Assembly: GCA_973895155.1 (NCBI GenBank)
Contig: OZ316892.1
Location: 16,358,357 to 16,422,356 of the forward strand
Direction: 5' to 3'
Source of the DNA: Marsupella aquatica
Lineage: Eukaryota > Plantae > Marchantiophyta
Length of the DNA: 64,000 bases
Shown here: piece by piece, positions 52,701-64,000 of the stretch
How positions within the stretch are numbered: position 1 is the first letter of the stretch
How the letters are laid out: every line of letters starts with the position of its first letter
Translations under genes and position numbers: made by a program
The notes under the pieces: generated by a model
What the model was told of the DNA's origin: nothing
Database searches by the model: none
The model's input: only the letters and a program-made list of their open reading frames with translations

Positions 52701-55700
52701 TAGTACGCAGTATGCTGCATAACGAAAAAGGGGCTATCACAAGGTGTTCGACCTCTAGTAGGCTTCAGGAAATGGCTATAAATAAACAAATGACATTTCA
52801 GAGACAGTGAAACGTCCTTACAAGAACGGTATGAACTGACCAGCAAAACCTGCTTTTTCTTCACATTCTCAGCAACCAAAAGGTCCTGGGTAACCTCAAG
52901 AGCTGCCATCGATAAGAACCTTCGGCCATTCTTTGCAAAGAGAGAAGGACGGCATAGTTCAGATAAGAAGTACAGATTTAAACACAGGCGGCACAGAGCA
53001 GTTCACTGCCCTTATTCCGCCATGGATATTGAAACAAATATCGCAGAACCCACACCTGCACTAGTCTCAGACATAAGGGTGCCTTCGACACATTTAAAGC
53101 TCCACACAACTACTTCTGAGGAAAGATTCTCATAATTGAAGCGACGGAATTACACAATCAAAATCCTAAATAACAATAGATTTTATAGAATTCTCCATCC
53201 GTTAGTATACTTCGACTCTACCTTACAAACGATGCTTGAGAGCTGCAAATCTCTGTCTAGCTCTGTCACCAAATGCATTCCTTTCACTGCGGTATCAAAA
53301 AGGAAAACAAGAAAGGATCCAAACAACCTTCAGCATTGATACTAGCAAGTGGACCGTGCTACCGTGCCTTCAATTCAGACTTCGAGCAATAAGTACGGAT
53401 CAACTGAGGTTTTGGAAATGTTGAGGATGAATTTAAGTATTATCAACACAATGGCGAGGTTTCTACATTCCTACCGCCTCGCGATAACGTCTCTCTAGTG
53501 GAATGTTTTGGAGAGAGTAGTAACTCATAGACACAGATGGTACTATGTAGCTTCTAAATTTCAAATATGTTCTCTTTATCAAGCGTTCAGAATCAATTCC
53601 ATCCAAGTTTATGCGGACCACAAATTTGCGACATTCGGCAGTCATCGTAGTTCCCAAGGTACGTAGCAGGGCTTCGGACCTAGGCAGTGCCTTACAAGGA
53701 AAAACGTTTCAAATACAAGGGTCCAAGAGATGCAGCATACTGCTTCTGCATACGACCTGCTACAGCGCGCATTTGAGGAGAGCCAGTGAACAGAATTGAG
53801 AGAGGTGACGGGATGGCCATAAGCTCAATAAAGCTTTGGCAGTTCTCCAAATTCACGACAAGGTTTGCAAGCTTATCCATCTCCTGCCAAGGTAACATCC
53901 TGATCAAAGAAGACCAGCCCCCTCCAGAATTGCAGACACACCTTGGAAAGGCAGGCATATATAAACCATGAAAGATCTATAATCTTGTTTTCTATCCCAA
54001 TTTACCTGAGGATCTGAACGAGAAGTCCAATCTGTGTCAAATGAAATGGTACCAATCGGGTAGACAACCTCGTGAAGTGGTTGTGATTAATATCAAAGGC
54101 TTACCCATCTCTTCATGATTTTCCATGACTTGCTTCGACAGTCTCTCTGTTATCATATCGAGCTGCAACAGTTTTTCCCCACCCTGCAATCCGAAAGTAA
54201 TACACCCCAGATTTCATCCACATTTGGCTCAACTCTTACCCAGGTCATTGCCAGAAACGCTTGCAAAATGTTGTCCTCACGACTCACTGGAACAAAATCC
54301 AGCTTCCATAGTAAACCCTCACAGTTCTGTAAAACTCTATTTGATAGTCTCGGTAGACAAACAACACAAACAATACCAACTAGCGTTGCAGACGCTGACT
54401 AAAACTCCAAATCGAATGAAGAAGAGTAGTTTCTATGTTAAAATTTTGACTGTTCCGTACAGCGAAACTTTAAAACTATGTTGACATCCTTCTCGTCTTT
54501 CCACAATCAAAGCAGTCACGTCAGGTCGATCAGATATGTAGGTACCTTGGTGTCAAAATATTGTTGACTCAAATCATTGGACTCCACTGGAAGGTTTTCA
54601 AGCATGTGCCGTATAGGATCAAATCCCTGCTCACCAAATTGAAGGAACGCACAACTTAAGATCTCCATTCAAAAAGGACTGGAATTACAAGTTCTCGTCT
54701 CCTACTAGAAAGGGATGACCACGTGAGGCAGGTCCAACAACAAGAGCTCGGCAACGGAACGAACTCTTCACAAAGAATTTGCCAATCCACAGGTAGACAA
54801 GGACAAAGCAAAGTGCCACAGATTAAGGGTCACAAAAATATACATGTCCAAGTGGCTAAACCACCCAACTCTCTGAGAGGAAATTTACTCCTAACTTCAC
54901 CTACATATATGCAAAGACCTTGCGTACAGCACTACAAAACCACACAACTGCACGTGTCACATCTCTTGTGTCCCAACAAAGCCTGCATATCTGGAAGTAC
55001 CATACAAGATTGTCGAAGATTTGCACATAAAATTAAAGGTCCTATTAGAACAACATTCTTCCTGGCTTAACCACGCCATCGATCAACATTATACCTCTTC
55101 ATAAAAGTTCTCTCCAAGCTCGTCAGCTTGTACACTAGGTCTCACACCATAAATTGACGGTGTCCCCAGTGAAGTAGACGAAAGTGAGAGTCGTTCATGG
55201 GGAGGAAGAGCCGCAATCTGGCGAGCAACGGCTGCTGCAATAGCCGCTCGGGCTGGAACCTGACCAACGAAAGCCATTTCAGTACACTTGTCCGACGAAA
55301 GGGACATTAGCATAAGAGTCTGCCCACCTTCAACAACCCAGCTCTTCTCCAAGTACTACCATCAAAGCAGATTGTAACTTCTGTCAGAATATGAGCAGGC
55401 AGTTGTGGCAAACAACAGCATAAGGCTCAAGAGGAGGTGCTCTGCATGCTTTCGCTTTGGACATTATTCTAAGGACAGAGGCACGGCAACCTTGGAATCT
55501 TGAAGACAAGCGCAAGCATTGTTTTCACTCTACAGTCTTTCGAAGCACAGCTTAAAAGATGTTGTTTCTCAAGCTTGTAAGGTGCACCAATCTTACCAAT
55601 TCCTACATATGGAACCTATCAAGTTGAATGCAGCAGAATCTGAGAATTGCGTCGAAAGGTAAAAGATAAGATGTAAATTGCTATCACAATTAACAAACAG

Positions 55701-56411
55701 GCTACACTGAATGTAATCCTAGCTAGGACGAGACAATAAAGCTCAGCATTGTGAGAAGCAAGACCATCCCTCGTCCAACAGCGGGTTCACATTTCACCAG
55801 CCCTTCAATACGTGTCCAACAACAACAAGAGTTCACAAATTTTGACTACCGACAGAAGGCCCAGAAGTTTATATTCAAATCACAAAAGACAAATGATGAG
55901 TTAAAATCCACAGAGCACACAATGGGATATCTTTGCTCGTCAAATGAGACCAATTTCAGGGCATTCTCCTAGGCAAGCTCCAGAATCACAAAAGGTCTAC
56001 GAACTGACAAAGAAATTCTTCATAAGCAGAGGTTATTATTCATCATCCTACATCATCATAAATTCTAATCACCAGAATTTCCTTAGTAGGAAATCTGACA
56101 TTTCTCAGTGTGATCCAAATCTGTGCTTTAAGATGAGTAACATGAGAACGTTTCCTGGCTCCGTGACGTAAACTACGAATGCCCTCACTCAACCAGACGA
56201 AAGAGAAGAAACTATCGAGACCATGTCCAGCAGGTAGATGGTTTTGGGAAATCGATTACAGTACCTCGGGCCGTCCCGACGACGAACCAATGTACCCCAG
56301 AGCTTTTACGCCGGATGTAGTGACTATTGCAGAAGTAGTAGATGCGATATTAGACGTGGTTGACGCGGCTGTTTTGAGCCATCTCTCTCCTATATGGTAT
56401 AAATCTTCCAT
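34785..56411 (-). CDS. VPS50: Syndetin/VPS50 (EARP complex subunit, CCDC132 family), 24 coding exons, ~1027 aa
   Basis: GT-AG exons (minus): 56265-56411, 55095-55259, 54546-54626, 54105-54183, 53222-53286, 52841-52930, 52190-52279, 51597-51683, 48975-49058, 48693-48812, 48349-48383, 47838-47967, 46986-47354, 45993-46504, 44109-44172, 43709-43978, 43365-43490, 43105-43175, 39251-39313, 38911-38983, 35516-35635, 35274-35351, 35062-35112, 34785-34898. They sum to 3084 nt in frame. Motifs: RPEVPARAAIAAAVAR, FYEEGFDPIRHML, DDLLADFIDEDSQLP, WELKELGVEHNGYVDLLLGEF, GLSRVKKCNNEGRAMMSLDLQ, YVKAFYLPE, WKRKT. The true start may lie further upstream. Confidence 0.93.
37400..38300 (-). mobile_element. Decayed LINE RT remnant in a VPS50 intron
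   Basis: Ordered weak RT motifs on the minus strand: IPLKG (~38215), IGGEAISSNTLITVEH (~38060; cf. PGR.I.DN.LI..E), AKSY (~37968; cf. KAYD), LRAKGYP (~37915; cf. L..MGFP). Confidence 0.4.
48399..48551. repeat. Tandem duplication (~75 bp x2) in a VPS50 intron next to the 35-nt exon
   Basis: gaagaatgtatgagtga...gagataccca...gagtacgtgac at 48399-48471 and 48476-48551. Confidence 0.85.
49250..50250 (-). mobile_element. Possible decayed LINE RT remnant in a VPS50 intron
   Basis: GPD-like motif (~50220), RP.T-like motif (~50000) and YRYVG (~49280; cf. YKYLG) occur in the expected order. Heavily mutated. Confidence 0.3.
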
Positions 56412-57620
56412 GCTCGTTATTCTGTACCTTCACTCATTACATGATGACCATTCGTGCCATAAATAGGCCAAAGATACTGACACGTACCCTATCATCCACC
56501 GCCTGGCTTTCTCCTTCAGAATCTATTCGTGCCAACTAATATCTTTCCCATCGCTAACCAAATTAATCGGTCAGTAAGCTCTTTCCCAAGACGTGCTGTA
56601 AATGTCTGAGACAAAATTGCGAAGGTAACAATCACCGCATACCAGCGTCAAATGACTGGTGCACTCCTCAGTTTCCGCCGTTGATTTCATAGTTTCTTCT
56701 CGTCACGAGCCTCTTCGACATGTTACTTGGACGACGACAGCAGAAGGAAATTCCTAAGTCGGTTGAAATTTTACGGCTGAATGGCCCATGGTGTTCTTGA
56801 ATGAACAGATCGTAGGATCGGTAAAGGTTTTTCTGGGGTGTTCTTCTTCGGTTCTTTGGACATGACGTACAAAAGGCATCTCCAGCCCATAGAATAACTT
56901 CAATCCAGAGTCCAGTCTGTTCGTCCAGACGACGAATGTCGACGAATATGAAAGAAAAGTGCCAGACGTATCGGAGCCCGAAATTTCCGCCGCAAATCCG
57001 ACGGGCTCTTCATGTTTCGTGTTCAGATGAGTGTCACTCCTGACCATGGAACAGCTACAGTACGTCGCAACGAGGGACCCTGTCTCCAGAAATCCCAGCT
57101 CCGATTGGCCCAAATGCAGAGATTTTTCTAAGTCCTGGGCACGCATTCCAAATCCACTGCTGCTCCAACCTCTCCTCACTCAATCGCCTCTCCCTCAGCC
57201 CCTTTCCAATTCTCCCATCGCTGCGATCATCCATGTCCGACGCAACGAGTGCATTCCTACAACCCAATCTGCAGTAATAAAATGAGAAGTCTCTCCAACA
57301 GACCGCAATCTGATGCCGAACATTCACCACGAGGATCAATCACACCTCAAAATGTTTGCGCCTCAGAAAAATCTCGCCACGTACAAGAGCCAGCATCCTC
57401 TCCTGGCCTCCCACGACCACGAAAGTCTCGAGCGAGGACGACGACATTACATTTTAAGTTGTACCGTAGGAGTCTCTCTGCGCGTGTGTCGACAAAAGAA
57501 GGAAAAAAGGATTCCTACTTTGCGTCGGATGGGTGATCGAAGTCGTCAGAGTCCCACATTGAGCGAATTAGCAGTCAACGCGTTACACAACGAACAGGCA
57601 GTCCCCTAACGATTTTTGGT

Positions 57621-58278
57621 GAACTACTAAAGTTATCCTTAATGTAAAGGGGCCAAACTCAAGGCCAGAGTCCCTATTTGGTCTTTTAAGTGAGTTTCCT
57701 TAAACTCTCCTAAAGTTCCCTTGTAAGAACTGAGTTAAGTAAATAAGCAGGTGAGTTAAGAGAGTTAACCTCCCACTTGAGTTAGAAGATACCCGATGGA
57801 GGCAAGGATGGAGCGATGGAGGAACCAAAGCTGGGCTGCAGTGCTCAGCAGCTCGAAGCTATGGAGGGCTGGGCAATGTCGGGCCTGAGCAGCAGCGATG
57901 GAGGCACAATCAGGGGCACGATGCAGTGTGGAGCAATGGAGGCAAGGAAGCTAGGCAGTGCTCGATCAGCAGCTTGAAGCTATGGAGGGCTTGAGCAATG
58001 TCGGGCCTGAGCAGGAAGGCACGATGCAACATTGGAGGCACGATGGGCCTGGGCAGGAACGTCCTGGCACTAACTCATGGCTGGCACTAACTCGCGGCTG
58101 ACACTAACTCGCGGTGAGAAGGGCCCGATACTGTTGGAAGGACAAAAAACGGGATTGACCCTGTTTCTCGCCCCTGAGTACTTGAAGTTTCCATTTAAGT
58201 TAACTCACCCTTTAATTTAGGTACAAGTCACGACCAGTCGCCCTTAATCACTCACATTGCGGATAACTTTACTATCTC
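57621..58278. mobile_element. MITE-like element with imperfect TIRs and internal tandem repeats, upstream of VPS50
   Basis: Left end gaactactaaagttatccttaatgt versus reverse complement of the right end gagatagtaaagttatccgcaatgt (20/25 matches). Subterminal gtgagttaa/ttaactcac. Internal duplicated block agct(c/t)gaagctatggagggct..gcaatgtcgggcctgagcag and 3x ctg(g/a)cactaactc. No clear TSD. Confidence 0.5.
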
Positions 58279-60599
58279 GTGAAGTTTTCCTCTTTGGCCC
58301 CTTTTGAGTAAATTTGGTCTCGCTTTGATTTTTGGTTTTGGCTCAACTTGTTCAGTAGTTGTGATGGGGCCCAAAAAAGGCCCCAGGATGTACTTGTGTG
58401 CAATACTTTGTAGGATGGCATGTACACTTGTTGTGCCTAGACCCTACTTTTTTGTCATGATTTTTGGTTTTGGCTCAACTTACTTTCCTACTAGTATTTT
58501 TTCACACTAAAACATATTGACATGGTCAGCTATTGTGACCAACCCTCTTTCGTCACGGGCCTGGTTTAAGAGTTTGATTAGTGTGAGTATCCTGCTTGGT
58601 GGAGTATTGTGTGAGGTAACCCATGGTGTGGGGTAGGTTAGAGCCACGGCCCTTGAACAGGCCTCTTGCAACCCAAACAATCTTTTTCACATGAAACTTT
58701 TTAGAGTTAGGGAGGCTTGCTAGGGATTATGAAACTTGGAACCCCCTGGCCAGGCTGACAAAGGGGAGTTATAACCAAGGACCTCCACTGAAACTACAAA
58801 GGAGAAAAAAAAGGAGGAGTTTGTGGTTAGCATATTGGCCTGGTTGGCCACTTTGGGACCTTGATTTAACATTGTCTCCCTCCTGGTAGGGTTCATGTTG
58901 GAACCCTGGGTCTAAACCCTTGTCTGGGGCTACTCTATAGTGTTACATTATTTGAAGATCATGCCTAGTGATGGGTGGGTGGCTGCGCCTTGTATAAGAA
59001 TTCAAGGCAGAAAAGAGTTTTTTTCCTGGGCAGTACACCCTGTGAAGGCCATGTAACCCATTTGGGAGTCATGTACCCACATACAGGCCATGGTAATCCT
59101 CTTCGCAGCCTGGCTGAGGAAGATGAATCTTAAATTCAAAAGTTGTCTCCAAAGTCATGGGGGAGCACTCTATGGAGGGTCCTAAATATAGCATGTGACA
59201 TGTTAGGGTTTGCAACCCCTTGTTGGTACTTGACTCTAGCACCTAGTTCGGTTGACTGGAGCATAGCTTAACCACGGTGAAGGGTTGTTGAGGCTACACT
59301 ATTGGAGGGGGCCTGTACCCTGGAGGAGCACTTCAATATGTTCATAACATAGATCAACCTTCAGGAGTTGGAGACTAGAGTGGGAGGGAGAGGAGGGACG
59401 TCTCATAGAGCAACTTGTTAGTTTGTTAGGCTACGGCTGATGTATGGTGTTAGTGCATAGTGGTTTTTTTGGTTGACTCTTGTTACATGCTTTCCCTGTA
59501 ACCTATTGTTGCCTTAAGGGATCTATAACCCTGCTCAATATTGGGCACCTTACCACTAGTTTATTGAATTATCAGATGTGAAAAAAAGTGCACACCGGCT
59601 GATAGAGAGATGTCAAGAGGATAAGTACAGATTCCCTAACTTGATTGTTTAACTTAGGATGACTGCACCATTGGGAATACCACAAGGCATTTTATAAAGC
59701 TTGTCAAAGTGAGGGCTTCAATACATCAAATCCCCCATCTTCACATAACAGAATTGTATTTATATTTATATAGCTTCAACTCCTAGGCACTCCACAAGCT
59801 CCATTCTCCATTTCAAATATGTGAAGCAACAAACTAAGGGATAGAAATCAAGATGTTTATCATAGAAGACACACACAACTAGTGGGCTACATTGAGGTAT
59901 TCACATTTAAATCACAACTTGGGGTATAAAAGCCCCTTAGTACTGTCCGGCTATACTCATTACTCCCTCCGTATCATTCTTGTACTGTGTACCCTGTCCG
60001 TCGCTTTTGCCCTGCCTGGCTGCCCTGGCCCACAGGAGTGGCTTGGCATCCTTGATGACTCCCCAGTCATCATTGCAAAACAATGCACATCCCTTCGAGA
60101 ACAACAAAAGTATTCAAATGAACGTGCAGGAAAATGACTCCATGTGGTCCTTGCAAGCTCGTGCATCGCCAAATCTGTGATTATTGCACTTTTCATCTCC
60201 ATCCCTCATAGGCGCTGAAAATCCATGCTTGAGGTCCCCTCTTGATACAATCAATCCGTGCTCAACGTCTCTTCCGGATACAATCCAAGTAAGTAAAAGT
60301 TTGTTATGTCAATTTACACTTGGACCGGGGCAGTCGTGTTCAACCAGGCAATGGCGGCCGATGACACTCAACATTCTCATGCCCGAGATCCCCTGGAACC
60401 CTCATAAGAACCATTTGGTGGCTCGGCATCTCATTTGCTACCTCGCACTTGGTCATTGTTGTCGCCTGATCCCTATCGATTTGTGCTTATGCTCCAATCC
60501 CACTCTTGATCAAACTCATTTTTATTGAAGAGAACCAAAGGATAAGAGCACATCGTAGTAAGATTTAGTCAGAGCAATGCACATAGACGATCAAGAGTT

Positions 60600-63500
60600 C
60601 CCCATGAGAGATTGAGGACCTGCAGTATTACGACAACTAAGGGGCGTAGGGGACAGACTCAATCAATTATAGACTGAGAAGGTTAGTATAACCCTTACCG
60701 CTCTCGGATTCCAGACTCTATTTGGGGAGGTAGGTGCCAAGCTATCTGAGACTTACTGGTATTCTTGCCCCAAGAAGGCTACATACGAGCAAAGGTATGC
60801 TAATTTGGTGGTTAAAGTAGCACAAATCAACTGCAAGAAGGTTGCACTTACCAAGGACGCAAGCTACAACAAGGTTTGGGATTACATTACCAAGTATACA
60901 TCAACAAAGAAGGCTTCCAGTCGGTAGATGAGGAAATTTAGTGGTACCAGCAAAGTATTTTAAGCTAAACGGCGACCGGAAGCTGACTTGGGCGGAGTTT
61001 GACAAGATCCTAGGCTACATTGAGAAATAGCTTGCGGCCAAGCGGAGGGAGGAAATCATCAACTATCATTGGGAGGCAGCACAGAATCTCACCCTTCCTC
61101 GGGGAAAGCTCTAACCCATTCAACTGGGATATGGCTATACTCCGCCCAAACCTATCACCAACTGGCCTACCATCCCGGCCAAGCGGGTTCCGCCTAGTCA
61201 GGCCTAGGTACACACTATGGACAATGCAGATTATTCATCGGGATCAGCCAGCGATAGTTTGCACCTAACGCAACGCCCACAAAAGTGGACTAGAACGACG
61301 TAGGGACCTGAACCGCCTACGCATACTACATCTGCCCCCATACCGGCAGTTCCAACCCCGGCCAACCCCCGGCCAACACTCAATCCAAGAAGAGACTCTC
61401 CCCCTTGCAACAAAACTTATTGCAGATAATTTGTGTTCTCGAGGTGGTCTAGACGACAATCAAGGACCCATTTCACGCGGACTATCTCAAGGAGCATCAG
61501 TTAGATAAATTTGCTCAATTAACCTAGAGGCCTACCGCCTTCGGAGCAAGGGAGATCATGCATGAGTTTATCTCAAATTTTGACATTGATACACCTACCA
61601 CCAAGGTGTCAAGACAAACCTTGTCCCTCATGAAGTACCAGTTAGCCCAGATCTTTTGTCTACCAACAGGACATGTGTCAGTCAAATTTTGGATCCGAGA
61701 TAAGGAGTATGTCCCTCAACACTTCAAACTAGAGGGCAAGACGAACAACGGGTATAAGCAAGGTTTGTATACCAATCTGGTCTGTATGGAGCGGCTAAAT
61801 TTCATCGGAACTACCTCACACATGATCAAACCTCGATCTGAGATCTCCCTCTACATAATTATGTAGGTGGAGCAGTGAAAAAACCAAAATTGGGCCCAAT
61901 TCTTTAGCCGCCAATTCTTAGAGGAGCTTAAGCAGGCTAAGACTGGCCTATTCATTGGCGGGGAAACCTACCACCTACAAAGCCACATAGCGATCATCCT
62001 AGATTGGTACAAATAAAAGTGCAAGGTCAAAGGGAAGAATACTGCAACCTTGATCTTGGCCGACACTGGCCCCACCCCCAGTAATAGCATGCCAAGCCCC
62101 CCAACTACCGCAACTTGGGTAAACCCCACCCCCACTGTCACAACCTACTCCCCCGTCTATTTTATTTGGGACCATTGTGAACAATGGGCCCCTGCCACCC
62201 CCTCTTGTTGTGGTGCCCCCGTTGCCTCCAACGTAGCCACCACCAATTCCACCACCCCCTGCAGATCCCATTCCCTCTCCCGTGCAAACTACGGAGGAAG
62301 CAGTAGCCCCACCCATGGCAGGACCCCTGCCAAAGACCGTGGAGAAGTACCAAGTAGTTACGGGTACCTTAGTCCACAATTCAAATGATCCAAAAGTTTA
62401 GTTAGGACCTTTTAATGGAGCTAGCAAAGTACATCACCCTCCAGGTCACTAACTACTTCCAACCGGCCTTCTTCATGTTGGATCACCACCCATTGCTTAT
62501 GGCCCTCTTGCAATACAAACTCATGGCCAAGGGAAACAAGATGGGGGCCTTCAAATGACCATGGAGGGTCTGGAGTCCGCAACCACCACCCACCAAGGGG
62601 ATTTAGTTTGCGTCTCAGACCAATGGGATGGACTAAAACTAGAACTACTTAAGGTTCAAGCAGACCTTAAGGAGCAAAAGGTTGTCGTAGCTTGGCTTGA
62701 GGAGGAGTCAACGGCTTGGGTTAAGAGCCTAGCCAACCTAAATAGCCAGTTTGTGTAGACCGCCCAGCAGGTGAATATTATCACCTTCAAGTGAGATAAG
62801 TGGTTGGCGCAGCATCAGGCCGACCTCAAAATGATTGATAACCTCAAACTAGAGGTGGCGCGTCTGCAAGCCAAGGTGGACAAATTAAGTCTCCAACAAG
62901 GCAGAGGAGGCAACTCAAGATAACCAAGCCCTATAGGCTTGGGTTACTCTGCTGGCAAGCTAGAAGGATGGGATGGGAAATGCCTTTGACCAAGGCGACT
63001 CAAAATCCCAGCTCAATAAAGGGACAAACCCAGGGCCATCAGCGTAGCACGCGTGAGGGGTGGTTAGAGGAGGGGGCGGTCAGTCAGCTATGCAATACAG
63101 CAAGAAGGTAGTGGCATCTTAATTTTGGGCTAACTTTAGCGGCATGCTAGTCATTTTTAGACGTTGATTAGCAACGCAGTAGATAGGATTAGGACAAACT
63201 CAGTTAGGACGGTCATCAGACATAGGATAGGATGTCAATAACGTGTTATGAGTGATTGGCAATAATACCTAGGGATTAGGATCGTAGTCAACCGCTCCAA
63301 CAAATTGACACAATCAAGCTAAGTCAATTTGTTGACACTTAATTTCATCAATTTTTGAAGGCCGCAACTAGTTAGGTACTTAGGCAGGGATTTCTTGGGA
63401 GAGGTAGCGTCTCCCGTGGCCCTTTGGCAAAGAGTATTTAAGGACCCTCCTTTCGCTTGGATTGGGGGTGCTTTTTGGTTTATTTTGGAAAAGTAAGCTT

Positions 63501-63960
63501 ACATGGTGCATGGGGAGTCTCGCCTTGAGTAGGATTAGAGAGCACTAAGGAGTGAGAGCCAGAGTTGAGCTTGTGGGCAAGTGCAAGGTAGGGTCTCGTA
63601 GAGACTGGGCATCGACTGTCGTTAGGCCTGTTAGTTGCTTAGAAGTTGAGTCAAGTATGTACATGACACTCCTTTCTCTAAGTAAAATATAGTCTTCCTC
63701 TTTGATCTTTGCAAGTAATCTGTGTATTTAGCATGACTTGTCTCCGAAAAATATGTCATTTCAAATGATGCACTGGGTACGGACTAATGGTTGGGATTGT
63801 GGGAAACCGTATGCTAAATACATTGCGAGTTCTTGTTGTTGACAATGGCTTGTAAAGTCCCCAAGCCGGGAGTTAGTCTGAGTCACTAATTGTGGGTATA
63901 TATTCTAGCGGCGGAATCCAAAACATACCTATGATATCCCTATACATAAATATATAGTTG
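60600..63960 (+). mobile_element. Decayed Ty3/Gypsy-type LTR retrotransposon (gag-like remnant, extra ORF remnant, PPT, LTR-like region)
   Basis: Gag-like VWDYITK (~60875). ORF remnant EIMHEFISNFD..TTKV (61552-61866), resembling Athila/Tat accessory ORFs. Coiled-coil remnant at 62555-62920. Purine tract gaggggtggttagaggagggggg at ~63055-63076, followed by non-coding LTR-like sequence. Confidence 0.45.
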
Positions 63961-64000
63961 AACTTAGACTAACACGGGTCACTACACCCCTCCTTGCTCA

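Noticed and set aside
53692-53958. Possible extra VPS50 exon (EMDKLANLVVNL...)
   Set aside because: The flanking exons already join in frame and follow the conserved VPS50 sequence without it.

Overview
Land-plant nuclear DNA, TE-rich at both ends with two intact multi-exon host genes in the middle. The genes are an 11-exon GT31 beta-1,3-galactosyltransferase (+, 28318-31983, ~401 aa) and a convergent 24-exon VPS50/syndetin gene (-, 34785-56411, ~1027 aa) whose long introns appear to hold decayed LINE sequence. The left 21 kb holds a frameshifted intronless kelch (NSP-like) pseudogene, a Helitron-type 3' end with a minisatellite, a chromovirus remnant, and a complete-ended Mutator-like element (MULE, 10269-20769; ~240-bp TIRs, 10-bp TSD) interrupted by a nested Ty1/Copia element (14445-20190, 5-bp TSD). 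The most interesting observation is inside the MULE. Convergent with its decayed transposase, in the position of maize mudrB, lies a second ORF encoding a stand-alone RNase H1/caulimovirus-P6-type RNA:DNA hybrid/dsRNA-binding domain. This is a candidate transposon-encoded accessory (anti-silencing or R-loop-targeting) factor. All calls come from manual reading of the sequence; no database searches were run.
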